Below are positions 1-8,964 of a DNA stretch of 26,706 nucleotides, in pieces. Numbering within the stretch: position 1 is the first letter of the stretch; each line of letters starts with the position of its first letter. The stretch comes from a virus. The DNA is taken from the UHGV virus genome UHGV-0147372; one strand, 5' to 3'. The notes beneath the pieces are model-generated. The model worked only from the letters and a program-made list of their open reading frames with translations. It searched no databases and was not told the DNA's origin. A program made the translations under genes and the position numbers.

Positions 1-1192
1 TTGTCGGATAAACCTTTGCCAGTTCCGGGTATTCTTCAGCAGAAAAAGCCGCACCGTTGCATTTCAGCCAGCCAGTAGGCGGAGTGGCTGAAGGCCACGG
101 AACAGGCACCCCAACCGGTAATGCAGAGCCTTCCCCCAAACCAAGGTATGCGAGAAGACCTGCTACATCCTTTCCACTCAAATGAGTCAGCGTATTGTCC
201 AGCGGTTGTTTACCTGCCAGCGCATTAAGCATTGTCGTGGCAAAGTTCGGATCATTCCCCAGTGCCGCCGCCAGTTCGTTCAGTGTATCCAGTGCCGCAG
301 GTGCAGAACCCACCATTGCCGCAATCGCCGATTTCACAAATGCCGTGGTGGCAATCTGTGTATTGTTGACCGACTGTGCCGCAGTAGGTGCTGTTGGCGT
401 TCCGGTGAGTGCCGGACTCGACAGCGGCGCTTTCAGTGCCAGTGCATTATTAATAGTGGTACTGAATTTCGGGTCATTGTTAATGGCTGCGGCAATTTCT
501 TTCAGTGTGTCCAGCGTGGCTGGCGCACCATTAATCAGAGCAGTAATAGCGGCCTGAACAAACTCTGTGGTCGCAATCCGAGTGGTGTTATTTCCTGCTG
601 CAGGCGTCGGCGCTTTTGGTTCTCCGGTAAATGTCGGATTATGTTTCTGCGCATACTGGGTATGAGGATCTTGTGCGGCAATGTGGTTTCTCATCTGGTC
701 ATCCACATACAGCTTTAATTCCAGGACTTTATCATCCACGTATTTACGGGTTGCCAGCACTACAGCAGGGTCGATTTTCAGGGTGATATTGTCCGTGCTG
801 CTGGTAATCAGCACCATGCGCACGGTCTGGGTACGCCCGCTGCCTTCAGCCAGTTGCGGCTTATAGCTTTCCGGGCAGTTTCCCACGGCAATCAATGCCC
901 CGGACCCATCAAACAGGCCCACTTCACGTATCCACCAACCGCCCTCGTTTTCAGGGATCACCTGTTCAGCAATAATCTGGCTGCTGTTCTGCGGGTCGAT
1001 ATAAAGCATATTCAGCGCAGCCCGGCGTTTCTCATTTACCAGTGCCGTCTGCTTTGCGTCCGGCGTTGGCAATACTCCGCCGCCATCGCCCACCGCCATA
1101 TGGGTAATTTTTAGCGGCACACCGAGCGCGGCGGCGCTGGCAAGTTTCGCCGCGCCAATATCCGTCAGCAGGGTATAAAATTTTGTGCTCAT
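1..1192 (-). CDS. H: Tail fibre protein gpH, N-terminal part (gene continues beyond window start)
   Basis: Minus-strand ATG at 1192..1190 gives MSTKFYTLLTDIGAAKLASAA..., matching the P2 H N-terminus as recalled (MSTKF...AGAAKLA...MAVGDGGG); ATGA overlap with gpI stop; reading frame runs off the window. Confidence 0.8.
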   Translation of the reverse strand, partial: MSTKFYTLLTDIGAAKLASAAALGVPLKITHMAVGDGGGVLPTPDAKQTALVNEKRRAALNMLYIDPQNSSQIIAEQVIPENEGGWWIREVGLFDGSGALIAVGNCPESYKPQLAEGSGRTQTVRMVLITSSTDNITLKIDPAVVLATRKYVDDKVLELKLYVDDQMRNHIAAQDPHTQYAQKHNPTFTGEPKAPTPAAGNNTTRIATTEFVQAAITALINGAPATLDTLKEIAAAINNDPKFSTTINNALALKAPLSSPALTGTPTAPTAAQSVNNTQIATTAFVKSAIAAMVGSAPAALDTLNELAAALGNDPNFATTMLNALAGKQPLDNTLTHLSGKDVAGLLAYLGLGEGSALPVGVPVPWPSATPPTGWLKCNGAAFSAEEYPELAKVYPT

Positions 1193-1794
1193 GGATTCAC
1201 TCTCATTGTGTCAATAACATGGACCGCCCCGCCTTCATGCGCGGTGCCACCGGAAATAATCGTTTCGTTGATATACGGATAGATCGTGATTTCTTCGCCA
1301 AGATAGCTGGCGGCTCCCACCCAATGCGGGCCGCTGGTCTGCAGATTGATGGACATGCCGATCATGTGGCGGCTACATGGTTTGGCATCGCTTATCAGTC
1401 GCTCAAGTTCCAGATAGGTATCTTCAGTGATGCCCTGGTCCTGCACGCCGATATCCAGGCGAAACGTGCCCGGTGCCTCTCCGGTCTGCCACCACTCAAT
1501 AATGCGGATCAGAAAGCCGAACGGCTCCACCACCCGCCGCACGGCACTGGTGGTCCCTTTATGCTGATGAATATAAAAAGCATCCTTCACCACCTGGCGC
1601 TTGACGCTTTCTGTCCAGCCCTCGTCCCAGCGATCCACAGAGAACGCCCAGGCGAGATAAGGCAGGAAACTGACCGGACAGGTTGCCGGATTCCACAAGT
1701 CACGAAGCGGCACCTGCAGATCAGAAATCCCGCTGCAGGTTTGCGCCAGTCGGCGCTCCAGTGGTGTTGAACCCGGCGGCAGCAGACTATTCAT
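1189..1794 (-). CDS. I: Baseplate assembly protein gpI
   Basis: 201 aa ORF; position between J and H; similarity to P2 gpI from memory. Confidence 0.85.
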   Translation of the reverse strand: MNSLLPPGSTPLERRLAQTCSGISDLQVPLRDLWNPATCPVSFLPYLAWAFSVDRWDEGWTESVKRQVVKDAFYIHQHKGTTSAVRRVVEPFGFLIRIIEWWQTGEAPGTFRLDIGVQDQGITEDTYLELERLISDAKPCSRHMIGMSINLQTSGPHWVGAASYLGEEITIYPYINETIISGGTAHEGGAVHVIDTMRVNP

Positions 1795-2695
1795 CCGTTC
1801 CTCCGTTGGTTACGCTCCACTGCGTACATGATGCCGCCTGTGTTTTGTTCAGGACCACATCCGCCAGAGGAGAAGCCAGCTCCACACGCTGCACACCCTC
1901 AACATGCAGGGCGGCAAAGATGGCGCTACGGCGAATATCCCGACCAAGACGTGTCTGACTGGCGATGTACTTCTGCAGGCTGGCTTTTGCCGCTGCCATT
2001 ACCGGCTCTGCTTCCGGTCCCGGATAGAGAAAAATGGTGGCTTCCACGCGATACGGGATGATTTCTGCGCTGCGAACCGTAAGACGGTCAGCCACCGGGC
2101 GGACGTTCTCACTGTTCAGGGCTTTCTCCACCACATCCAGCAAGTCTTTTTCTGCTGTTCCATCGCCTTCGCGGCTAAGGACAGTCAGCACCACCTCTGC
2201 AGGTGCCGGACTGGTTGCACTGGCATCCGCCACCCGACCGTCGGCGCTTCGGGCATGAAATTCATAAGCTGCAGTTGGCCCCGCAACTGAAAGCCCCTCA
2301 AAGGCTGCAGGCACACGCAGGCGTAACGCTTCATCGCTTTCCATCACAGCTGCAACGGGCGGCACAGCGTCATCATCAGCAGGCGTCACCGTCAGGCGTT
2401 TCACGTTGTAGTTGGCAGCGAGCTGGTCAAGATCGCCGCCCATCGCGTAAGCCACCATCACCGCCTGCGCGGCTTCGTTAATGCGCTGGCGCAGAAGCAA
2501 CTCACGGTAAGCGTTCTCCTGCAACAATTTGGTGACTGGTTCAGATTCCAGTTCCAGCGTGCGGATCACTGCTTCCTGCTCATCTTTCGGATGAAGCGCC
2601 ACAAATTCTGCCTTGCGTTCGGCAAGCAGCGTCTCAAAGTCCGACACATCCACAATCTGCGGCGCAGGCAACTGCGAAAGGTCAATCACTGCCAT
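1787..2695 (-). CDS. J: Baseplate assembly protein gpJ
   Basis: Start moved to internal ATG at 2695 (MAVIDLSQLPAP...), aligning with P2 J N-terminus (MPIIDLNQLPAP...); ends ...VTNGGTDE like P2 J. Confidence 0.88.
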   Translation of the reverse strand: MAVIDLSQLPAPQIVDVSDFETLLAERKAEFVALHPKDEQEAVIRTLELESEPVTKLLQENAYRELLLRQRINEAAQAVMVAYAMGGDLDQLAANYNVKRLTVTPADDDAVPPVAAVMESDEALRLRVPAAFEGLSVAGPTAAYEFHARSADGRVADASATSPAPAEVVLTVLSREGDGTAEKDLLDVVEKALNSENVRPVADRLTVRSAEIIPYRVEATIFLYPGPEAEPVMAAAKASLQKYIASQTRLGRDIRRSAIFAALHVEGVQRVELASPLADVVLNKTQAASCTQWSVTNGGTDE

Positions 2696-3041
2696 TCTCT
2701 GCTCCTGTTGATACGGAAAGGGAAACAGGCACACCGCTATTACGCCGCCCGGTCAGCTCCACCACCATTGAACCGTCAAAATTACTGTTTATGGTGATGG
2801 AATCCAGCGTCAGCCGTGGCTCCCAGCGACTCAGCGCCACATACACTGCCGACATGACCTGCAGGCGTAACGCCGGATTTTGTGGCTGGTCTATCAGTGC
2901 CGACAGCAGGGAACCATATTCACGACGGGCAATACGGCTACCCTGCGGTGTCAGCAGAATGTCCCGCACCGACTGGCGCAGATGGTCAATATCAGTAATG
3001 ACTTTGCCGCTGGTATTGTTCATCCCGATATAAAGCGTCAT
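2682..3041 (-). CDS. W: Baseplate wedge protein gpW (gp25-like)
   Basis: 119 aa; ...YIGMN...DILLTPQGSRIARREYGS... pattern matches P2 W. Confidence 0.88.
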   Translation of the reverse strand: MTLYIGMNNTSGKVITDIDHLRQSVRDILLTPQGSRIARREYGSLLSALIDQPQNPALRLQVMSAVYVALSRWEPRLTLDSITINSNFDGSMVVELTGRRNSGVPVSLSVSTGAENGSD

Positions 3042-3616
3042 ACCGGGCCTCCGGTTGTATCGCCGCCTTTCAGGACGCCAGCATGCTGATGCGCATCAAC
3101 CACGATCCCGTTAGAACTCATTGCACCGCCGTCCTGGGTAACGCCACCATTGATTACTACTTCGCTGTTAATACGCGTGCGGTCAGCCTCCAGCACAAAC
3201 TCACTGGTTTTCAGGGTGATATTGTCAGCGGCCTCAATGACCATTGATTTGATGCCCCTGACATACCAGCGCCCAGTGGCTGGTTCGTATTCAAACCAGC
3301 CACCGTCAGGATGTTCTGTCACGCAGGCGTCCGCCGACGTCGACGGTGGTGCGAACTGATTCGAATAGATGGCGGGCAGCGCAAAGGCTGTTTCCAGATT
3401 TCCGCCCAGACTCAGCAGCACCACCTGCTCACCTTCCGATGGTCGCCACCATGTGCGGGCATTACCGGCACGCAGCGTCAGCCAGTTAATCCAGTTGGTT
3501 TCAAGGTCGCCCGTTTTCACCCGGCAAAGCCAGTTTTCCCGGTCCACTTCGGTGACTACACCAGTGCGGATCAGATTGGTGATAAGGCGCATGATTTCGG
3601 TTAATTGTGCGTTCAT
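3038..3616 (-). CDS. V: Baseplate spike/hub protein gpV
   Basis: 192 aa; ...LITNLIRTG...WLTLRAGNARTWWRPSEGEQV... and C-terminal GGDTTGGPV match P2 V. Confidence 0.88.
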   Translation of the reverse strand: MNAQLTEIMRLITNLIRTGVVTEVDRENWLCRVKTGDLETNWINWLTLRAGNARTWWRPSEGEQVVLLSLGGNLETAFALPAIYSNQFAPPSTSADACVTEHPDGGWFEYEPATGRWYVRGIKSMVIEAADNITLKTSEFVLEADRTRINSEVVINGGVTQDGGAMSSNGIVVDAHQHAGVLKGGDTTGGPV

Positions 3617-3663
3617 GTGCTTAGCATGTCGACTTGTCGACTTTTACGATAGATGAGGTAGAT

Positions 3664-3681
3664 TGTGTGCTAAATGACACA
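3664..3681. promoter_or_regulatory. TGT-N12-ACA dyad (ATTGTGT-N8-ACACAAT) in the V upstream region; candidate Ogr/B-type late activator site
   Basis: Sequence tgtgtgctaaatgacaca read directly; P2-family late promoters carry a TGT-N12-ACA activator site; the site is closer to the V start codon than the classical -55 position. Confidence 0.35.
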
Positions 3682-3704
3682 ATGCTTACTGGGATAAGAG
3701 TAAA

Positions 3705-4370
3705 ATGGATATCGAAGATAAAGATTATAAAGACACACTGCTTGCTCTTGAGAAACGAGCCAAATCCACAAAACGTGTAACTCTCAGCTTCATTTACATT
3801 ATGTTTATCTCCATGATCTTAGTTATCGGAGGAGTAGTTTCAATGAAGGCCAATAGTGACAATGCTGTGAGTAGATTTGTTACTGGGATTTTAGATAAAG
3901 ATAAAGTTGAGTCCGCAAGACTCATTAATGAAAGAATGCAAAAACTCCTTGACCAATTTGCTGCTTCAGAAAATAAATTACCGATTCATGATGATCAAAA
4001 CAAAGTAAGCAGAAAATCAATTCAACCCAATGACCTAATTTTCTTTAGAAAAGACACATCAGAAAAAATAGCCGACTCAGTCACTTCTATTATAGTCAGT
4101 TTTTCCATACTCATTTTTATTGGGTATGTTATGCGTGTAGCAATAGTATTCATAAAATATCATATGCAACTCGGCACCGACTACGACAATCAAAAAATCG
4201 CTTTTCTATTAAGCAAAGGACAACCTGAAGAATTTAGAAATAACCTGGAAACTCTTCGAAACCATACCATTGGGTTTGATAAAACACCCCTACCACCACA
4301 AGAAAAAATAATCATGGGATTAATCGATGCTGTCGGCGCAGCAAGAAAAAACACTAAATCTGAGAGTTAG
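3705..4370 (+). CDS. Hypothetical membrane protein (two predicted TM helices), AT-rich moron between S and V
   Basis: 221 aa ORF on the strand opposite the flanking tail genes; hydrophobic stretches LSFIYIMFISMILVIGGVVSM and VTSIIVSFSILIFIGYVMRVAIVFI; A+T-rich codon usage unlike neighbours. Confidence 0.6.
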   Translation: MDIEDKDYKDTLLALEKRAKSTKRVTLSFIYIMFISMILVIGGVVSMKANSDNAVSRFVTGILDKDKVESARLINERMQKLLDQFAASENKLPIHDDQNKVSRKSIQPNDLIFFRKDTSEKIADSVTSIIVSFSILIFIGYVMRVAIVFIKYHMQLGTDYDNQKIAFLLSKGQPEEFRNNLETLRNHTIGFDKTPLPPQEKIIMGLIDAVGAARKNTKSES

Positions 4371-4813
4371 TTTCTTAACCAGTTCAACAAAATCTCCCGT
4401 GTAATGATCTCCACATCATCATTCACACCTAATAGGCGGCGCTCTGCGTAACGGACCTCCGGTCCTTTGCCACTGACGCGATCACGCAGGCCGTAATGGT
4501 GAACGCGGGCAATGCGCTGCACCTTACCTTCAAACTGCACGCTGGCAGAATCGGCGCTGGCGGCAGTTTTCAGGTATTTTGTGGTGCGCAGCTTTGCAAA
4601 CATCTGACGTTTGATGCGCCCCTTCTTGCTGCGTGCTGTTACCCTGCGCGGTTCATAACTGCTGCCATCTGGATTGCGCTGCATCCTGATATTCTGCTGC
4701 TGTGTCCGGCGCAGTTCCTGCGCCAGCTGGCGCATCATACGGCTTCTTGCGGCTGGCTCCAGATTCGCCAGCAAGGCACTCAGCCAGTCGTCCACCTTCT
4801 GCAATTCAGCCAC
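4367..4813 (-). CDS. S: Tail completion protein gpS
   Basis: 148 aa; size and position match P2 S. Confidence 0.8.
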   Translation of the reverse strand: MAELQKVDDWLSALLANLEPAARSRMMRQLAQELRRTQQQNIRMQRNPDGSSYEPRRVTARSKKGRIKRQMFAKLRTTKYLKTAASADSASVQFEGKVQRIARVHHYGLRDRVSGKGPEVRYAERRLLGVNDDVEIITREILLNWLRN

Positions 4814-5258
4814 GTTTCACCGTCCACATTTCTTCAGGTTCATCAGGTTCCGCTATAGCTTCAACGCTCGACACACTGCCGTCAGTACTGACCAGCACAC
4901 GCTCCGTCAGTTGCAGGTTCAGGCTGATATCACAGACATCGTTGCGCAGAATATCCACCTCAAAGGTGAATAGTTTTTCCCGTAACGCCGGGTTATTGAT
5001 GGCATCGGGCTGGTTATCCCTCAGCCACAGCAAAACCGGGGCCATCAGCAGATTCTGGTCGCCGCTGAAATCCTCAATCACCGCGTTCAGGGTGTAACGG
5101 TACTCCCACGACATGGAGCTGGCCCCCGTAGCAACCAGCGAACCGTTATCCACAAACAGATGCAGTTTGTCCGGGTTATTGCGGACATAAGGCACCGCTT
5201 TATTGAGGGCGTGGCGCAGGGATTGTGGTTTGTTCACTGTTTCGCTCCTGACACGCAA
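4806..5258 (-). CDS. R: Tail completion protein gpR
   Basis: 150 aa; size and position match P2 R; overlapped at its start by the lysC 3' end as in P2. Confidence 0.8.
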   Translation of the reverse strand: MRVRSETVNKPQSLRHALNKAVPYVRNNPDKLHLFVDNGSLVATGASSMSWEYRYTLNAVIEDFSGDQNLLMAPVLLWLRDNQPDAINNPALREKLFTFEVDILRNDVCDISLNLQLTERVLVSTDGSVSSVEAIAEPDEPEEMWTVKRG

Positions 5259-5490
5259 TAATCATGTCCACTTTGTCTGCACAGACCGCCCAGGCGGTCT
5301 CCGTTTCATCCAGCAATGCGTTCAGATCACCGTTAGTGCGCGGCGCTGCCTGCTCCAGCCGACACGGCGTCACTCGCGGACAACCACTGACGGTAAGCTG
5401 CACCTCCGGTGAGCGTGGGGCGTTCCCGCAGCCGGATAATGTCAGCAGGCAAAGGAGTATCAGCCCAGCGGCGTAAATCCTCGTTCTCAC
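5200..5490 (-). CDS. lysC: LysC / Rz1-like outer-membrane spanin (lipoprotein)
   Basis: 96 aa; lipobox LTLSGC after a signal peptide; embedded out of frame in the lysB 3' end and running into R. Confidence 0.75.
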   Translation of the reverse strand: MRTRIYAAGLILLCLLTLSGCGNAPRSPEVQLTVSGCPRVTPCRLEQAAPRTNGDLNALLDETETAWAVCADKVDMIIACQERNSEQTTIPAPRPQ

Positions 5491-5761
5491 GTTTCAGTTC
5501 CTCAATCCAGTGTTGTCGTTGTCTCAGCAGTGCGCTGGTCTGTTCTGCGTCGGCATAGAGCCGCGCCTGCTCCCGGTTGTTGGTTTCAGCCAGAATGGAC
5601 AGACCGATCAGCTGGCTATTTTTCTTCGTTAGTTCCTGCGCTTTACTTTTCAGCGCCGCGCGCTGCGTTTCGATGGTGTGGCTGGCGCTGTTAAGCCGCC
5701 ACGACTGCCAGCCCAGCGCAACGAGTGCCAGCGCCACCACTACTGCCAGAGCACGTGTCAT
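5333..5761 (-). CDS. lysB: LysB / Rz-like inner-membrane spanin
   Basis: 142 aa; N-terminal TM helix then coiled-coil-like charged region; position after the endolysin. Confidence 0.78.
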   Translation of the reverse strand: MTRALAVVVALALVALGWQSWRLNSASHTIETQRAALKSKAQELTKKNSQLIGLSILAETNNREQARLYADAEQTSALLRQRQHWIEELKRENEDLRRWADTPLPADIIRLRERPTLTGGAAYRQWLSASDAVSAGAGSAAH

Positions 5762-6273
5762 AGTCCAGCTCCTTTAAGGCACCAGGCCATCTCCCGCGCA
5801 CGGCGGTTATCCAGCCCCTGATTAAACACACCTTTTACATAAACCCAGCGCGGCAACTGTCGGCACGCATCCGCCCAGCGCCGCTGATTGAGCAATTTCA
5901 CCAGCGTGGAACTGCAGGCATTGCCCGTACCCACGTTGAAGGCAAACGACACCGCAGCGTCATACACCTTCTGCGGCGGCTGTTGCTTCACACACCTTTC
6001 CAGCGCCCGCTCCACACGCAGCACGTTGGAGATCAGCCCTTCTGCTGCCTGTCGCTCCGTAATGGTTTTGCCGGGAATGACGCCCGACGTATTACCAATG
6101 CCGTCGGTCCAGACACCCGCGCTGCACTGATACGGCTGCAGACGACAACCTTCGTAATCGGCAATCAGTTTCAGCCCTTCCACGGAGGTGTGAAGCTGCT
6201 GAAAACCCGGCAGCGTGGCAGCAATAGCCAGCACGGCCCCGACAAGGCAGCGTTTAACGATTGATGGATTCAT
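5758..6273 (-). CDS. K: SAR endolysin (lysozyme with N-terminal signal-anchor-release domain)
   Basis: 171 aa; N-terminal VGAVLAIAATLPGF hydrophobic segment; C-terminal ...FAFNVGTGN...STLVKLLNQ...CRQLPRWVY... matches phage 21 R-type lysozyme as recalled. Confidence 0.85.
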   Translation of the reverse strand: MNPSIVKRCLVGAVLAIAATLPGFQQLHTSVEGLKLIADYEGCRLQPYQCSAGVWTDGIGNTSGVIPGKTITERQAAEGLISNVLRVERALERCVKQQPPQKVYDAAVSFAFNVGTGNACSSTLVKLLNQRRWADACRQLPRWVYVKGVFNQGLDNRRAREMAWCLKGAGL

Positions 6274-6469
6274 AGTCCTCCCGCGAGATCTGCCCGTCGC
6301 GCAGAAGCTGGTAGGCTTTGTGTTTGTAGTACCAGTTGATAGCCAGCATCAGCACACCAATCATCAGGCCGCCCAGCGTTGAGGCATCCTTGATGGACAA
6401 ATCGCCCAGCCAGGCCAGCACGACGGCGATGCAATACGTGATAAAGGCGCTGATTCGCTCAAGCGTCAT
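6254..6469 (-). CDS. Y: Holin (71 aa, two TM; pinholin-like)
   Basis: Two hydrophobic helices; directly upstream of and overlapping the SAR endolysin; P2 gene Y position. Confidence 0.65.
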   Translation of the reverse strand: MTLERISAFITYCIAVVLAWLGDLSIKDASTLGGLMIGVLMLAINWYYKHKAYQLLRDGQISREDYESINR

Positions 6470-6472
6470 AAT

Positions 6473-6676
6473 TCAGTCCCATAGCTGGACGGTCTGCACG
6501 GTGGTGGTGGTCGGAATGTCCGGCAACTCCACCTGCAGCCCGTGAGGTAAAAAGGGGCCGTATTCGGCAAGCCCCGGATTTGCCTTCAGTACCTGCTCCG
6601 TGACACCCTGCGTGCGCCCGTAATGACGCCAGCAAAGCGCGTCCACCGTGTCATACTGATGCGCACGCACTTTCAT
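6473..6676 (-). CDS. X: Tail protein gpX
   Basis: 67 aa; position between L and Y; P2 X-like. Confidence 0.8.
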   Translation of the reverse strand: MKVRAHQYDTVDALCWRHYGRTQGVTEQVLKANPGLAEYGPFLPHGLQVELPDIPTTTTVQTVQLWD

Positions 6677-7203
6677 CAGATAAGCTCCACTGTGCAGTGC
6701 GGCGCATCCTGCACCCGGCTGATGGCCCAGCGGGCGTCACGCCACAAATCACCGCTGGCTTCTGCCAGTTCTTCGCCTCGCTTCACACCGGATGCCGTGG
6801 CGTCATAGTCCTGGTATCGTTCGTTGAGCATGGCGCGTGCCCAGCAGTAAACCGCGTTGAAATAGTGCTGAATGCGCTCACTTTTGCCGTCCAGCTGCTC
6901 CGCCGGAACCTCTGCCAGCGAGGCATATCCCAGCATCTGCTGGCGTCTGCGAAACTCATACAGCTCTGCGTTGACCTCCGAAATTGCCGACAGCGCAACC
7001 TGCGTTAAACGCGGCTGCGTCACCGTGCCGTCAGTGCGCATGACACTGCGAAACTCCGACAGGTCCACATCAGGCCAGAACGGCGTGTTTCTGATGATTT
7101 CCGCCTGTTCCGGTGCCTGTTCTGGCGCAACAAACTTCATGCTGCTTTCTCCTGAAATAGAGGGCGGTGGACGGGGTTTTGATGTGGCAGTGCCTTTCGC
7201 CAC
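6676..7203 (-). CDS. L: Head completion/stabilisation protein gpL
   Basis: 175 aa ORF in P2 L position; the true start may be an internal Met. Confidence 0.8.
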   Translation of the reverse strand: MAKGTATSKPRPPPSISGESSMKFVAPEQAPEQAEIIRNTPFWPDVDLSEFRSVMRTDGTVTQPRLTQVALSAISEVNAELYEFRRRQQMLGYASLAEVPAEQLDGKSERIQHYFNAVYCWARAMLNERYQDYDATASGVKRGEELAEASGDLWRDARWAISRVQDAPHCTVELI

Positions 7204-7235
7204 CCCGTGCCGCCCGTGCGCGGGGGCACGTTCTG

Positions 7236-7886
7236 TCAGCGGCTGTCATTGCGCAGTCTGCGCTCCAGCTGCTGTTTGTCTTTTTTCACGCCACAGCGGG
7301 GATCGAGCTGTAACGCATGGTTGAGATGATTAAGGGCAGACGCCGGATTGCTTTCACTCAGGACCGCGCCAATCGCTTTATGCAGACGCGCCCGTGACTG
7401 GTCCGGCATATCCAGACCGTCTGTCAGCTCCAGCGTCTGCAGCAACAGATCGGCATCAAAGCCGGTGGTGGCAAGCATTGCGCTCTGCGCGGCGTCTGCC
7501 ATTTCCTCTGCCAGCACGGTCTGCACGTTGCGGTTACCCAGCGGCATCACCCAGCCATGACGCAGGGCATGACGCCCGATCTCCAGCGCTCCGGCATAAT
7601 CTCCGGCATCAATGCGCCACAGCATCACGTACATCAGCACGTCATCCTGTTGAGCGCCTCCGGCAGCCAGGACACCCTCTGCCCAGGCGGCGTACTTCGG
7701 CAGCAGCTCCACCTTGATTTCCGCTTTTTTGACCGTGGACTGAACGCCCTTGAGACGGCGGCGGTCTTCCGCCAGTTGCAGCAGCATCAGGTCATAGCCC
7801 GATGCGTGGCGAACACTGCCGCCCTCGCGGGCGGCCTGTTCAGCCTGAACGCGCAGGCGATGCTGCCGTGCGGGACTCAGGCTCAT
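7236..7886 (-). CDS. M: Terminase small (endonuclease) subunit gpM
   Basis: 216 aa; P2 M position and general similarity. Confidence 0.82.
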   Translation of the reverse strand: MSLSPARQHRLRVQAEQAAREGGSVRHASGYDLMLLQLAEDRRRLKGVQSTVKKAEIKVELLPKYAAWAEGVLAAGGAQQDDVLMYVMLWRIDAGDYAGALEIGRHALRHGWVMPLGNRNVQTVLAEEMADAAQSAMLATTGFDADLLLQTLELTDGLDMPDQSRARLHKAIGAVLSESNPASALNHLNHALQLDPRCGVKKDKQQLERRLRNDSR

Positions 7887-7889
7887 GGA

Positions 7890-8948
7890 TTACGCTCCGG
7901 TTTCGGCTGCGGCGGCGCTGAAATCACCAATCTGGATGTTTTCCACCAGTGCGGCGCAGCGGTAGTCCTCAACCACATAGGCTTCGTTAACGGATTCAAA
8001 GTTTTCAATCCGGTCACGTTTCGGGTTGTCGATAACTGAACGGCGGCGGGTGTCTTCCTGCCAGTAGATGGACAGGTTATCCAGACGGGTGATCAGCAGC
8101 GCATTCGGCGGGAAGAACGGCGCACGCACGGCCTGCAGGCCACCCATGCGTTTCTGACTGATGATCATATCGGCAGCCAGTTTTTCACTGTTTTCCTGCT
8201 CTTTGTTGACCAGCGGGAAATACTTGTCAGACAGCAGTTCACGACCGCAAATCACCACCAGATCGTCATCGTCCTGATAGACCACGTCGATAAGCTCATT
8301 AACGGCATCCATCACCACGGCGTCCAGGTTGGCATATTCGCCACCTTTCCCGACTTTCACCGCACCCGGTGTGGTTTCACCGCCCGTGGTGGTGCTGCCC
8401 ATGACGTGATCCGGTGCATCCTCACGGATTTTCTGCAGCCAGCCTTTATTCACATCCTGCAGTAACGGGTTTTCGCTACGGTTGGAGGTTTTCGCACGCT
8501 TCACGCCGTTAAAGCCGATCATGATGCGGTCCAGTGCCTGACGTTTCACGATGGCGTCACGGATACGCACCTGAAAATCCTGAAACTTCGCCCACAGGTC
8601 CAGCTTCGCGTAGGTCAGTACCGTGTCAAAGTTGGTCTGCTCGCATTTATATTCCACATCGACCATCAGCGTCGGATCGACAGGTTCACGCTCTTTCGCG
8701 GTGGTATCAGTGGTTCCGGCAATGGTGCTGCCAACTCCCAACCCCAGCAGCTGACCGGACTGCTCAGTCACTGGCGTGACGTTAATCAGCGTCAGGAAAG
8801 CGGCGGACTGCTGGATCTGGTCTTCCAATGTCTGCTGCACGGACGGCTCTACGGTGAACTTGCTGGACAGTTCTTCAACTGCCACACCGTTCAGACGCGC
8901 CAGTTGCTGCAGGTAAGCGTTAAAAGCAAAGCGGGTATTCTTCTTCAT
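7890..8948 (-). CDS. N: Major capsid protein gpN
   Basis: 352 aa; P2 N size and position. Confidence 0.88.
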   Translation of the reverse strand: MKKNTRFAFNAYLQQLARLNGVAVEELSSKFTVEPSVQQTLEDQIQQSAAFLTLINVTPVTEQSGQLLGLGVGSTIAGTTDTTAKEREPVDPTLMVDVEYKCEQTNFDTVLTYAKLDLWAKFQDFQVRIRDAIVKRQALDRIMIGFNGVKRAKTSNRSENPLLQDVNKGWLQKIREDAPDHVMGSTTTGGETTPGAVKVGKGGEYANLDAVVMDAVNELIDVVYQDDDDLVVICGRELLSDKYFPLVNKEQENSEKLAADMIISQKRMGGLQAVRAPFFPPNALLITRLDNLSIYWQEDTRRRSVIDNPKRDRIENFESVNEAYVVEDYRCAALVENIQIGDFSAAAAETGA

Positions 8949-8964
8949 CAGGTTTTGTGCTCCA

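Noticed and set aside
182-1114. Plus-strand ORFs (182..718, 195..557, 681..866, 854..1114)
   Set aside because: Antisense to the tail-fibre gene H frame, which gives a convincing P2 H N-terminus on the minus strand; low-complexity Cys/Arg- or Ala-rich translations typical of antisense frames
1183-3604. Numerous plus-strand ORFs overlapping I, J, W and V (for example 1183..1770, 1904..2290, 3311..3604)
   Set aside because: Each lies entirely inside a well-supported minus-strand baseplate gene; GC-rich antisense frames commonly lack stops
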